Shown here: positions 1 through 9,643 of the stretch, in pieces
Layout of the letters: the number at the start of each line of letters is the position of its first letter
Position numbering within the stretch: position 1 is the first letter of the stretch
NCBI GenBank assembly: GCA_039588295.1
Contig: JBDHAB010000001.1
Coordinates: 32,001-96,000, forward strand
DNA: 64,000 nt
DNA from: Gemmatimonadota bacterium
GTDB taxonomy: Bacteria; Gemmatimonadota; Gemmatimonadetes; Gemmatimonadales; GWC2-71-9
Direction of reading: 5' to 3'
Notes under the pieces: model-generated
What the model was told of the DNA's origin: nothing
What the model saw: only the letters and a program-made list of their open reading frames with translations
Database searches by the model: none
Made by a program: the position numbers and the translations under genes

Positions 1-1892
1 ACGAACTGGATTATCGGGCCGGCCTCGACCTCAAGTACCTGCTGACGTCGAACCTCACCCTGACCGCGTCGATCAACCCCGACTTCGGGCAGGTGGAAGT
101 CGATCCCGCCGTGGTGAACCTCTCCGCCTTCGAGACCTTCTTTCCCGAGCAACGTCCGTTCTTCATCGAGGGCCGAGGGCTCATCCGCTACGGCTGGCTG
201 AACTGCTTCTTCTGCAGCAACACGTCGTCACTCAGCCTGTTCTACTCCCGCCGCATCGGGCGACCGCCGCAGGGCGCCGGTGATGCCGAGGACGCCGGCG
301 AGTATGCCGACGTCCCGGGGAACACCACCATCCTGGGCGCGGCGAAGATTACGGGACGAACCGCCGGTGGCTGGTCCGTCGGTCTGCTCGACGCGGTGAC
401 CAGCCGTGAGCATGCGACCGTAGTTGGCAGTGACGGGTCACGCTTCGGTATGGAGGTCGAGCCGTTCACCAATTACTTCGTCGGCCGCCTTGCAAAGGAC
501 CTGTTAGACGGGAATCTCCAGATCGGCGGTATGGCGACCTCGGTCGTACGCGACCTTCACGACCCCGTCCTGTCAGATCGCCTCACCCGCCACGCCGAAG
601 GGTGGGGGCTCGAGTCGAACCTCTGGCTCAAGCAGCGGACCTACCGCCTGATGACGAACCTCGCGGTATCGCAGGTGAGCGGCGACACGGCGGCAATCCT
701 CCGCCTGCAGAACTCGAGCGCCCGTTACTTCCAACGACCCGACCGCGAGCACGGGAGCAACGGATTGTTTACCGACGCCTTCGACCCCTCCCTCGGGTCC
801 ATGCGCGGCTTCGCCGGATATGCCAGGTTCTCCAAGGAATCCGGGGACTGGCTCTGGGAAGTGTCCACCAACTTCCGAAGTCCGGGATTCGAGGTGAACG
901 ACCTAGCCTTCCTGACGCGGGCCGACTACGTCTGGATGAGTGGGAATCTCTTGCGCCAGTTCACCAGGCCGACCAGGATCTACCGGTCCCTAGCCTTCAT
1001 CGTGGGAGGACAACAGCAGTACAACTTCGACGGTGATCTCACTGACCGGCAGGTACAGGGCTTCGCCCAGATCGAGCCGCCCAACTACTGGAGCGTCACA
1101 ACGTTCTGGATCCATCGGCCGTCGGTGCTTGACGACCGACTCACCCGCGGTGGACCGGTCGTGCGACGACCCAGCAGCAACTTCTGGCTGCTAGCCGCCT
1201 CCACCGACTCGCGCAAAGCACTCGTCCTGGAAACCGAGCCCGAGTACGGCTGTGACAGTGAGGGGGCGTGTGACTATTCGATCGATTTGAGTATCACCTA
1301 TCGACCGGCATCGAACGTTTCGCTGAGCCTGGGTCCCGCATACACTCACGAAGAGGCATCGACGCAATACATCACCACGGTCGACGATCCAACGGTGACC
1401 GCCTTCGCCGGACGGCGCTACGTATTCGCCGACCTGGACCAGAACACCATCTCGATGGAAACGCGGCTCAACATCACCTTTACACCGACTCTCTCACTTG
1501 AGGTGTACGCGCAACCGTTCATCTCGAGTAGCAAGTTCACGAATTTCAAGGAATTCGACGCACCGCGTGCGCTGGCGAAGAGCACCTACGGTCGCGATGT
1601 CGGCACCATCTCGGTCACTGCTGAGACCTATGTCGTCGACCCGGACGGAGGAGGTCCCGCCGATTCCTTCACGTTCGACGATCCGGATTTCAACTTCCGC
1701 TCGCTGCGTGGCAACGCCGTGCTGCGCTGGGAGTTCAAACCGGGATCGACACTGTTCCTGGTTTGGACCCAATCCCGAGCTGACACTGCTCCCGTGGGCA
1801 ACATGGATTTCGGCCGCGATGTTCGCGCCCTGTTCGATGCGACGGCGGACAACATCTTTCTCCTCAAGGTGAACTACTGGTTCGGCCTGTAG
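1..1892 (+). CDS. DUF5916-family outer-membrane protein (5'-truncated by the window)
   Basis: Frame open from position 3 (ELDYRAGLDLKYLLTSNLTLTASINPDFGQVEVDPAVVNLSAFETFFPEQRPFF, typical DUF5916 motif); C-terminus LRGNAVLRWEF...KVNYWFGL. Confidence 0.8.
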   Translation, partial: ELDYRAGLDLKYLLTSNLTLTASINPDFGQVEVDPAVVNLSAFETFFPEQRPFFIEGRGLIRYGWLNCFFCSNTSSLSLFYSRRIGRPPQGAGDAEDAGEYADVPGNTTILGAAKITGRTAGGWSVGLLDAVTSREHATVVGSDGSRFGMEVEPFTNYFVGRLAKDLLDGNLQIGGMATSVVRDLHDPVLSDRLTRHAEGWGLESNLWLKQRTYRLMTNLAVSQVSGDTAAILRLQNSSARYFQRPDREHGSNGLFTDAFDPSLGSMRGFAGYARFSKESGDWLWEVSTNFRSPGFEVNDLAFLTRADYVWMSGNLLRQFTRPTRIYRSLAFIVGGQQQYNFDGDLTDRQVQGFAQIEPPNYWSVTTFWIHRPSVLDDRLTRGGPVVRRPSSNFWLLAASTDSRKALVLETEPEYGCDSEGACDYSIDLSITYRPASNVSLSLGPAYTHEEASTQYITTVDDPTVTAFAGRRYVFADLDQNTISMETRLNITFTPTLSLEVYAQPFISSSKFTNFKEFDAPRALAKSTYGRDVGTISVTAETYVVDPDGGGPADSFTFDDPDFNFRSLRGNAVLRWEFKPGSTLFLVWTQSRADTAPVGNMDFGRDVRALFDATADNIFLLKVNYWFGL

Positions 1893-1935
1893 CGGCCACG
1901 GAAGCCAACCAGCGATCCGGCTTGCATACTAGGGT

Positions 1936-2298
1936 ATGCCCACCAGGCGACGGAAACGGGATCCGCGATACTCCCGCACGACGGGCACGAAACCGCACAT
2001 CGGCCGGCGTTACGTAGAGAACGGCCGCGTGCGGATTGAATGGACCGAGAACGGGCGGTGGCGCAGTCGGACGGTCGGACCAAACAGCGCCGCGACACGA
2101 CGACGGGCCGACCACAACCTCGAGGACATCCTCGGACGGCTGCGGTCGGCTGGAGAATCCCCACCGGACCAGGAACACCCACCAACGCCACGCTTCGGCC
2201 GGACTCTCAGAGAACAGGCAGCCTCGATCCTGGACGTGGCCGATATCTTGGCCGACTGGATCCGCGAGGCAATTGGCGTCGGCACGAAGACTGAGTGA
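1936..2298 (+). CDS. Hypothetical basic protein (120 aa)
   Basis: ATG-started ORF filling the gap between two real genes; Arg-rich N-terminal half. Confidence 0.5.
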   Translation: MPTRRRKRDPRYSRTTGTKPHIGRRYVENGRVRIEWTENGRWRSRTVGPNSAATRRRADHNLEDILGRLRSAGESPPDQEHPPTPRFGRTLREQAASILDVADILADWIREAIGVGTKTE

Positions 2299-2323
2299 GC
2301 CATCCGTGAATCCGGCACGCCCC

Positions 2324-2369
2324 TTGACAGAGTTCTACCCAAGATTCAAATTTTGAACATCTGTTCAAA
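2324..2369 (+). promoter_or_regulatory. Putative sigma70 promoter (TTGACA at 2324) overlapped by palindromic operator TTTGAACA-TC-TGTTCAAA (2352-2369)
   Basis: Perfect 8-bp inverted repeat in an AT-rich patch 20 nt upstream of the TetR gene; -10 box (CAAATT) is weak. Confidence 0.65.
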
Positions 2370-2389
2370 TCCATAGGGTTGGCTCGGGT

Positions 2390-3010
2390 ATGGCTAGCAG
2401 CCGCACAACCGCCCCAGCACTCCGCTCAGACCACGTTCGAGAAAAGCGACGCCGCAGGCGCGCGCAGATTCTCCACGCTGCTCTGCGGGCGTTTCGGGAA
2501 CGGGGGTACCACGCCACGACCCTCGACGACATCGCCGAGCACGTGGGTGTCAGGAAGACCGCGCTCTATCATTACTTCCCCGACAAGGAAGCGATCCTCT
2601 ACGAATGTCACCAGGAATCGCTCGGCGAGTTGGATCGGCTGATCAAAGAGGCCAAACGGCTCGACACGGCCACAGAGAAGCTCAATCACGTCATACGCGA
2701 GCACGTCCGCGTCATGACGGAAACGCTGGAGGGTTCCCCGCTCGCCTTCGAGGTGACCGCGTTCTCGCCAACGCGGCAGCGAGAGATCATCGCCGCCCGC
2801 GACCGCTACGAGCGGGCGGTACGGCGGATCATCGACCAAGGAATCAAACACGGCGAGTTCCGGCCGGTGAATTCCAAGGTCGCCGTGTTCGCAGTTCTCG
2901 GCGCCATCAACTGGATTGCACGGTGGTACCGCCCCGAGGGCTCGATTCAGGCCCCCGAACTGGGCACGGAGTTCGCCGAACACCTAGTCGGGGGCCTGAC
3001 ATGCGGATAA
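2390..3010 (+). CDS. TetR/AcrR family transcriptional regulator (KstR2/PaaR-like C-terminus)
   Basis: HTH GYHATTLDDIAEHVGVRKTALYHYFPDKE; C-terminal LGAINWIARWYRPEG. Confidence 0.92.
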   Translation: MASSRTTAPALRSDHVREKRRRRRAQILHAALRAFRERGYHATTLDDIAEHVGVRKTALYHYFPDKEAILYECHQESLGELDRLIKEAKRLDTATEKLNHVIREHVRVMTETLEGSPLAFEVTAFSPTRQREIIAARDRYERAVRRIIDQGIKHGEFRPVNSKVAVFAVLGAINWIARWYRPEGSIQAPELGTEFAEHLVGGLTCG

Positions 3011-3059
3011 TCGAACGGAATTCCAGGACCCAGAACCACTTCGCCTGCGAGAGTGCATC

Positions 3060-4112
3060 ATGAAGGCCGTTCAACTGACAGCCGTGGGTGCGCCCCTGGA
3101 GATCAACGAGGTTCCCAAGCCGTCACCGGGCGACGATCAGGTCGTCATCCAGGTTGCAGGGTGTGGCGTGTGTCACACCGACATCGGCTTCTGGAAGGAC
3201 GGCGTTCCCACCAACAAACCCGTGCCACTGACGTTGGGTCATGAGATCAGCGGGACCGTGGTCGAGGCCGGCGCCGGACACCAGCGGCTCTTGCATCGCG
3301 AGGTGATCGTCCCGGCCGTCATACCGTGCGGGCAATGCCAGCTGTGCGCGACGGGACGAGGCAACGTCTGCCGCGCGCAGGTGATGCCTGGCAACGACAT
3401 CGACGGCGGCTTCGCCGAGTACGTCGCGACCCCGGGCCGCGGCCTGTGCGTCGTCGAAGACAAGGGCGATTACGCGCTGGCCGAATTGTCCGTCGTCGCC
3501 GACGCCGTAACCACTCCGTATCAGGCGATCGTCCGGTCCGGACTCACGGCCAACGATCTGGCGATCGTCGTCGGCGTGGGAGGCATTGGTACGTATTGCG
3601 TCCAAATCGCCGCTGCGATGGGCGCGCACGTTGTGGCGATCGACGTGGACGATGCCAAGCTCCACGCCGTGGCTGCGCACGGAGCAAAGCTCACCATCAA
3701 CTCCGCACAAACTGACTTCAAGGCGTTGAAGAAAGAAGTCCGCAGCAAGGCCAAGGAGTGGGGCTGTCCCGGTCACAGCTGGAAACTGTTCGAGTGTTCC
3801 GGCCACCCAGGTGGCCAGGAGACCGCGTACGGTCTCCTGACACATGCGGCCACGCTCATGGTCGTCGGATTCACGCTTGGCAAGATCGAGCTACGCTTGA
3901 GCAATCTGATGGCGTTCGACGCAACCGCCCAGGGCACCTGGGGCTGCAAACCGGAACTCTATCCAGCGGCCCTCACGCTCTTGACCGACGGCAAGATCAC
4001 ACTGAAGCCATTCATCGAGACCCACCCGCTGGATCAGGCACCCGACGTGCTGCAGCGCGTCGTCGATCATGAGATCCAGAAGCGCGCCATTCTGGTACCG
4101 AATTCGGCTTGA
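3060..4112 (+). CDS. had: 6-hydroxycyclohex-1-ene-1-carbonyl-CoA dehydrogenase (Zn-dependent MDR)
   Basis: CGVCHTD, GHE, structural Zn Cys, QVMPGNDIDGGFA, LSNLMAFDA-x-GTWGC; context with oah/dch/bcr. Confidence 0.9.
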   Translation: MKAVQLTAVGAPLEINEVPKPSPGDDQVVIQVAGCGVCHTDIGFWKDGVPTNKPVPLTLGHEISGTVVEAGAGHQRLLHREVIVPAVIPCGQCQLCATGRGNVCRAQVMPGNDIDGGFAEYVATPGRGLCVVEDKGDYALAELSVVADAVTTPYQAIVRSGLTANDLAIVVGVGGIGTYCVQIAAAMGAHVVAIDVDDAKLHAVAAHGAKLTINSAQTDFKALKKEVRSKAKEWGCPGHSWKLFECSGHPGGQETAYGLLTHAATLMVVGFTLGKIELRLSNLMAFDATAQGTWGCKPELYPAALTLLTDGKITLKPFIETHPLDQAPDVLQRVVDHEIQKRAILVPNSA

Positions 4113-4149
4113 TGTCAACGTTCGAACGGGAACGGGGGAGAGTCGTGCC

Positions 4150-5241
4150 ATGTTGAAAGACCACACGCTCGCTGGTGCCCGGGATTTCAAGGAAATCGGG
4201 TACGAGCTACGTCCTGCCCGCGATCCGGCCGGCAACGAGGCGGCCGGGCTCTACAACGCGTGGATCATCCTGAACAACCCCGGCCAGCTCAACAGCTACA
4301 CGACGGATGCGGTCAAGGAGGTGATCCTCGCCTTCCGCCAGGCAAGCATGGACCGAAGCGTGGTCGCATGCGTCTTCACTGCGGTGGGGGACAAGGCTTT
4401 CTGCACCGGTGGCAACACGAAGGAATACGCGGAGTACTACTCGGGGAACCCGCAGGAATACAAGCAGTACATGCGGCTGTTCAACGACATGATCGACTCC
4501 ATCCTGCGGTGCGACAAACCCGTGATCAACCGCGTCAACGGCATGCGGCTCGCGGGCGGTCAGGAGATCGGTATGGCGTGCGACTTCACCATCGCCGCCG
4601 ACACCGCCCGGTTTGGCCAAGCCGGCCCGAAGCACGGCTCGGCGCCCGACGGCGGGTCGACCGACTTCCTGCCCCTGTACGTGGGCTTTTCGCGGGCCAT
4701 GGAAAGCGGCGTCCTCTGCGAAATGTGGAGTGCCCATAAGGCGCTCTTCATCGGTCTCATCAACGAGGTCGTCCCGGTGCTCAAGGTGGACCGAAAGTGG
4801 ATACCCAACCCAATGGTGATCACGGACCGATTCGTCGACGACTTCGGCAACATCGTGTTCGGTGATTTCAAGACCGGTGAGGAGCGCGACGCCGCGAAGG
4901 CGGTGCTTGCCAGCGCCGAGACCGACCTCGCCAAGCTCGACGAAGCGGTGGAGACCCTGTGCACCAAGATTCTACTGCTGATGCCCGACTGCGTCTCGAA
5001 GACCATCAACGGGCTCCGCAAGCACAAGCAGTGGCACTGGGACAACACCAACGTGACGAACCGGGAGTGGTTGGCCCTCAACATGATGACGGAGGCCAAG
5101 GCCGGTTTCCGCGCCTTCAATGAAGGGCCCAAGGGCAACCGCGAGGTCGACTTCATCAAGCTTCGCCAACTGTTGGCCGACGGCCACCCATGGGACGACG
5201 ATCTACTGCGCGCGATCTCGCCGCAGTATCAAGAGAGTTGA
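4150..5241 (+). CDS. oah: 6-oxocyclohex-1-ene-1-carbonyl-CoA hydrolase (Oah/BamA)
   Basis: Signature motifs NSYTTDAVKEVILAF, FCTGGNTKEYAEYY, GQAGPKHGSAPDGGSTDFLP, WLALNMMTEA; ATG 4150 after GGGGAG. Confidence 0.95.
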   Translation: MLKDHTLAGARDFKEIGYELRPARDPAGNEAAGLYNAWIILNNPGQLNSYTTDAVKEVILAFRQASMDRSVVACVFTAVGDKAFCTGGNTKEYAEYYSGNPQEYKQYMRLFNDMIDSILRCDKPVINRVNGMRLAGGQEIGMACDFTIAADTARFGQAGPKHGSAPDGGSTDFLPLYVGFSRAMESGVLCEMWSAHKALFIGLINEVVPVLKVDRKWIPNPMVITDRFVDDFGNIVFGDFKTGEERDAAKAVLASAETDLAKLDEAVETLCTKILLLMPDCVSKTINGLRKHKQWHWDNTNVTNREWLALNMMTEAKAGFRAFNEGPKGNREVDFIKLRQLLADGHPWDDDLLRAISPQYQES

Positions 5242-5282
5242 GTCATCGAGGCGTCGAGCGCCACTGAGGGAGAAGGCGGGCA

Positions 5283-6032
5283 ATGGAGCTAGCACTGGAC
5301 GGCAAGAATGCCATCGTGACCGGCGGGAGTGTCGGCATCGGCGCGGCAATCGCGTTGCGGCTTGCCCAAGAAGGCTGCAACGTGGCGATCAACTACCGCC
5401 GCCACGATACCGAAGCCAAGAAAGTCATCGCCGACATCGAGGCGCTGGGACGACACGGTTTGGCGATCAAGGCTGACGTCGCGAGCTACGACGATGCCCA
5501 GAACATGGTCCAGACAGTCGTGAGTGCGTTCGGCCGCTTGGACATCATGGTGTGTAACGCCGGCATCAACTGGGACGGCGTCATTTGGAAGATGACTGAG
5601 GAGCAATGGGACACGGTCATCAACATCAACCTCAAAGGTTACTTCAACTACAACAAGGCCGCGGCTCTGGTGTTCAAGGATCAGAAGAGCGGCAAGATCG
5701 TGAACATCTCGTCCATCAACGGCATGCGCGGCAAGTTCGCCCAGGTGAATTACTCCGCCTCCAAGGGCGGTGAGATCGCGATGAGCAAGTCGCTCGCCCG
5801 GGAGCTTGGCAAATTCAACGTGAATGTGAACGTGGTGGCACCCGGCATGGTCATGACGGAGATGGCCGAGAACATTCCGCCGGAGTTCCTCACCAAGGCG
5901 ATGGACGAAACCGCGCTCGGTCGGTTCGCTACGCCGGACGAGTGCGCCGACTTGGTCGCCTTCCTGTGCTCCGACAGGGCCCGTCACATCACGGGCGAGG
6001 TGATCAAGATCGACGGCGGCCAATACATGTAG
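5283..6032 (+). CDS. SDR oxidoreductase, FabG-like (candidate 3-hydroxypimeloyl-CoA dehydrogenase)
   Basis: TGGSVGIG, NAG, YSASK motifs; operon context. Confidence 0.85.
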   Translation: MELALDGKNAIVTGGSVGIGAAIALRLAQEGCNVAINYRRHDTEAKKVIADIEALGRHGLAIKADVASYDDAQNMVQTVVSAFGRLDIMVCNAGINWDGVIWKMTEEQWDTVININLKGYFNYNKAAALVFKDQKSGKIVNISSINGMRGKFAQVNYSASKGGEIAMSKSLARELGKFNVNVNVVAPGMVMTEMAENIPPEFLTKAMDETALGRFATPDECADLVAFLCSDRARHITGEVIKIDGGQYM

Positions 6033-6044
6033 GGCGGTGCGGCT

Positions 6045-7199
6045 ATGAGACGAGTGGGAATCATCGGTATCGGGCACGGCGTGTTCGGACGGCGCAGCGA
6101 CGCCACCGTGCAGGAATTAGCCTTCGAGGCATTCCGAACGGCGACGCGCGACGCCGGGATCGGGCGAGACGTCATCGACGCATCGGTCGTCGCGGCCGTC
6201 CCGGAGTACCACAAGCAGCGCTCGCTGGCGGGGGTGGTACAAGAGTACCTCGGCCTCGTCCCCAAGCCCACTTGGCTCACCGAGGTCGCGTGTGCATCGG
6301 GGAGTGCCGCCATCCGCACCGCGTGGATGGCCATCCGGGCCGGTGTGCACGACGTCGTGGCGGTCATCGGTTGCCAGAAGATGACCGAGCTCTCCACTCC
6401 AGAGATCCTCGCACTCATGGGTCGAGTCGGCGAGGTGCAGTGGGAGTCGGGATTCGGCACCACCTTCCCCGGCTACTACGCGATGTTCGCCAAGCGGCAC
6501 ATGCACGAGTTCGGGACGACACGCGACCATCTGCTCGAGGTGGCCGTCAAGAATCACCACTACGGCGCAATGAACCCCTACGCGCTCTTCCGCAAGGAAA
6601 TCTCGAAGGAAAAGGCGGAAGCTTCGGAAGACGTGGCGACCCCGTTCCAGGTTTACGACTGCTGCGCCAACGCCGACGGAGCCGCCTGTGTCATTCTCGC
6701 AGCCGAAGAGAAAGCCACAGCGCTTTCCGACAAGGTTGTGTGGCTCGACGGCATGGCTTGCGCCACAGCTAGCATGTCGGTGCTGCGGCGGCCGAGTCTC
6801 ACCGGACTCCCGAGCGCCGCGAAAGCGGGCGCCGACGCCTACGCCATGGCCGGCGTCTCAGCCGACGACATCAAGGTCGCCGACGTGCACGACTGTTTCA
6901 CCGTCGCCGAGATCATGGCGTACGAGGATTTGGGCTTCTGCAAGAAGGGCGAGGGTGGTCCGTTCGTCGCCGATCGCCAGACGTATGTGGGCGGCAAGGT
7001 CGCGGTCAATGTCGATGGTGGCCTCAAGGCCAAAGGACACCCGATCGGCGCCACCGGGGTCTCGATGACCTACGAGATCGCCAAACAGCTCCGAGGCGAG
7101 GCCGGGGAGCGGCAGGTGCCCGACGCGGACGTCGGCCTCACGCACAACGTGGGTGGGATCGGTCAGTACTGCTTCGTGCAGGTGATGAGAAGGGACTGA
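6045..7199 (+). CDS. SCP2/archaeal-type thiolase
   Basis: EVACASG catalytic Cys, HDCF, KGHPIGATG, THNVGG. Confidence 0.9.
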   Translation: MRRVGIIGIGHGVFGRRSDATVQELAFEAFRTATRDAGIGRDVIDASVVAAVPEYHKQRSLAGVVQEYLGLVPKPTWLTEVACASGSAAIRTAWMAIRAGVHDVVAVIGCQKMTELSTPEILALMGRVGEVQWESGFGTTFPGYYAMFAKRHMHEFGTTRDHLLEVAVKNHHYGAMNPYALFRKEISKEKAEASEDVATPFQVYDCCANADGAACVILAAEEKATALSDKVVWLDGMACATASMSVLRRPSLTGLPSAAKAGADAYAMAGVSADDIKVADVHDCFTVAEIMAYEDLGFCKKGEGGPFVADRQTYVGGKVAVNVDGGLKAKGHPIGATGVSMTYEIAKQLRGEAGERQVPDADVGLTHNVGGIGQYCFVQVMRRD

Positions 7200-7202
7200 G
7201 CA

Positions 7203-7655
7203 ATGTTCAAGTGGTTCGGCAAGGTCAACTACACGCCGTACACCAAGGTCACCGAGTTCGCGCGGCACCTGCGGAACGGCCATCTCATGGGGTCGCGCTG
7301 CAAGCAGTGCGGCGCGACGTCATTTCCTCCGCGTGCAGACTGCGAAGCCTGCATGAGCGACGACTTCGAGTTCCTCGAAGTGAGTGGAAAGGCAACGCTC
7401 AACACCTTCACCAAGATCGTGGCGGCCCCCACAGGCTTTGAAGATGTCGCGCCATTCACGGTGGGCGTCGTCGATCTCGAGGACGGTGGTCGCGCACTCG
7501 CATGGTTCGGTGAAAGCATCACGGAAGACGAGATCACGATTGGCATGGAGATCCAGGTCGTGCCACGCATCTTCGAGGAGCTCGAGGAGATCAAGGTCTA
7601 CTACAGCCTGGAGCAACCCGGTACGACGTGGTCTAAGGTCGACAGCACCACGTGA
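7203..7655 (+). CDS. DUF35 Zn-ribbon/OB-fold thiolase partner
   Basis: RCKQCG..FPPRADCEAC Zn ribbon plus OB fold, directly after the thiolase. Confidence 0.9.
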   Translation: MFKWFGKVNYTPYTKVTEFARHLRNGHLMGSRCKQCGATSFPPRADCEACMSDDFEFLEVSGKATLNTFTKIVAAPTGFEDVAPFTVGVVDLEDGGRALAWFGESITEDEITIGMEIQVVPRIFEELEEIKVYYSLEQPGTTWSKVDSTT

Positions 7656-7702
7656 GTCGCTGATACCTCGGCGGCCCCGGTGGTGACAGGGAGCGACGGC
7701 GT

Positions 7703-8461
7703 ATGACGATAAAGTCGACAGTCACAGACGGGATTGGGACGCTCACGCTGGCGAGTCCACCACTCAACATTCTCACGCGCGGCCTCATGGCATCGCTGCG
7801 TCAAGAGCTGGCCGCTCTCGCTGAGCAGTCCGACCTGCGCGTGCTGCTGCTCTCTGCCGAGGGGAAGCACTTCTCGGCAGGCGCCGATGTCGGAGAACAC
7901 ATGCCGCCGGAATATCGTGAGCTGATCCCTGAGTTCATCGACACCATTCTGGCACTCAGCGACTTCCCGTTGCCGACGATTGCAGCCGTCCGCGGCCGCT
8001 GCCTGGGTGGCGGATTCGAGTTGGCACAGGCGGTCGACATGGTGCTGGCCGGTGAAGGAGCAATGTTCGGCCAGCCGGAGATCATGCTCGGCGTGTCGCC
8101 GCCAGCCGCATGTGCCCTGTTGCCTGAGCTCTGCGCGCCGGGACTGGCCGCGGAGCTCGTGCTGACCGGCGACCCGATCACGGCGCAGCAAGCCTATGGA
8201 GCCGGTCTCGTGCGACAGGTCGTGCCGGACGACCAGGTCGAGGACGCAGCGTCGGCGCTCGCACAGCGCCTGTCACGTCACAGCGCTGCCGCGCTCAGGC
8301 TTACGAAGCGTCAACTCCAAGTGGGGCTCGCGAGTCGGCGCGCTGAGTCGCTCCGCGCTGCGGCACAGATCTACATCGACGAGCTCATGGAGACTGCGGA
8401 CGCGGTGGAGGGACTTCAGGCCTTCCTCGACAAGCGAAAGCCCACGTGGACCCACGCATGA
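7703..8461 (+). CDS. dch: Cyclohexa-1,5-diene-1-carbonyl-CoA hydratase (crotonase family)
   Basis: GKHFSAGADVGEH, CLGGGFELA, GQPEIMLGV; immediately upstream of the reductase genes. Confidence 0.82.
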   Translation: MTIKSTVTDGIGTLTLASPPLNILTRGLMASLRQELAALAEQSDLRVLLLSAEGKHFSAGADVGEHMPPEYRELIPEFIDTILALSDFPLPTIAAVRGRCLGGGFELAQAVDMVLAGEGAMFGQPEIMLGVSPPAACALLPELCAPGLAAELVLTGDPITAQQAYGAGLVRQVVPDDQVEDAASALAQRLSRHSAAALRLTKRQLQVGLASRRAESLRAAAQIYIDELMETADAVEGLQAFLDKRKPTWTHA

Positions 8462-9627
8462 CGCACGACCTGTGTTTTCCGGAGTGGCAGGATCGACCGC
8501 TCGACGACGTGATCTACGGGTGTCGCGAGCTCCTGGAGGATGCCGACTTCCCCACCGTACGCCGGTGGCGCGAGCGAGGGGGCAAAGTCATTGGACACTT
8601 TCAGGTCTACTTTCCCGAAGAGATCGCCCATGCGGCCGGCATGCTGCCGTTCAAAGTGCGGGGTGCTCCCGTCGAGCCGACACAGGCCGATTCACGCTTC
8701 GGGTCCTACTTGTGCTCGATCGTCAAGACGTCGCTCGAGCTGGCACTGAGCGGTCGCGTGGAGCTGGATCTGTTCGTGACGCACCCGATCTGCGACGCGG
8801 CCCGGAACCTGGCCGGCGTCTGGGGACGGAACTTCCCATATCTGTGTCAGATTCTCTACCTGCCACAGAATGCGAACTCCCGACACGCGGCCACGTATCT
8901 GCGGGGCGAATACGATCGCCTCAGGCGCACCCTCGAGGAGGTCACGGGTCGCACCGTCGCAGATGACGCCATTCAGCGGTCGCTGATCGTGTTCAACCAC
9001 AACCGCGCCTTGCTGCGAGAGCTCTACGCGATCAAGCGTGACACGCCGTGGCTCGTCGCAGCCGACGAGGCCTATGCGCTCATGGCCGTGGGAGGCATGA
9101 TCCCCCGAGAGGAGCACAATGCGTTGCTCACCACGGTCCTGCCGCTCATCAGGAGTCGAGACGCGAAGCAACAGGACCGGATCCGGGTCGTCTTCGAGGG
9201 AGGGTTCTGCGAGCAACCACCACTCGATCTCATCCGCGCCATCAGCCGCTCCTGCTACGTCGTAGACGACGATTTGATGATCGGGCTCCGCTGGATCTTG
9301 GACGACATTCCTCTGGACGGAGATCCGCTGCAGCATCTGGCCCGCGCGTACTTGGAGCACTCCTCCTACAGCCCAGTACAGCACGATCTTCAGAAGCCCA
9401 AGGAGAAGATGCTACTGCAGCGGATCGAGTCGTCGCGTGCGCGCGCCGCCATCGTCACGGCAGCCAAGATGTGCGAGCCCGGTCTCGAGGAACAGGTCAC
9501 CTACACGCATGCGCTCGATCAAGCCAACATCCCGTATTTCGTGAGCGAGTTCGAAGAGAACATGACGAGCTTCGAGCATTTGGAGATTCAGCTGGAAACC
9601 TTCGTCGAGAACCTCCTGTTCGACTGA
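8458..9627 (+). CDS. bcrC: Benzoyl-CoA reductase subunit C (gamma; HgdB/2-hydroxyacyl-CoA dehydratase fold)
   Basis: VYFPEEIAHAAGMLP, SYLCS, ICDAARNL, FCEQPPLDLI, CYVVDDD, KMCEPG; ATGA overlap with dch. Confidence 0.85.
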   Translation: MTHDLCFPEWQDRPLDDVIYGCRELLEDADFPTVRRWRERGGKVIGHFQVYFPEEIAHAAGMLPFKVRGAPVEPTQADSRFGSYLCSIVKTSLELALSGRVELDLFVTHPICDAARNLAGVWGRNFPYLCQILYLPQNANSRHAATYLRGEYDRLRRTLEEVTGRTVADDAIQRSLIVFNHNRALLRELYAIKRDTPWLVAADEAYALMAVGGMIPREEHNALLTTVLPLIRSRDAKQQDRIRVVFEGGFCEQPPLDLIRAISRSCYVVDDDLMIGLRWILDDIPLDGDPLQHLARAYLEHSSYSPVQHDLQKPKEKMLLQRIESSRARAAIVTAAKMCEPGLEEQVTYTHALDQANIPYFVSEFEENMTSFEHLEIQLETFVENLLFD

Positions 9628-9643
9628 TGAAGAAAGGCACGCG

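Noticed and set aside
2313..2328. sigma54 promoter (GGCACG-CCCC-TTGA)
   Set aside because: The invariant -12 GC is GA, and the same bases form a perfect sigma70 TTGACA
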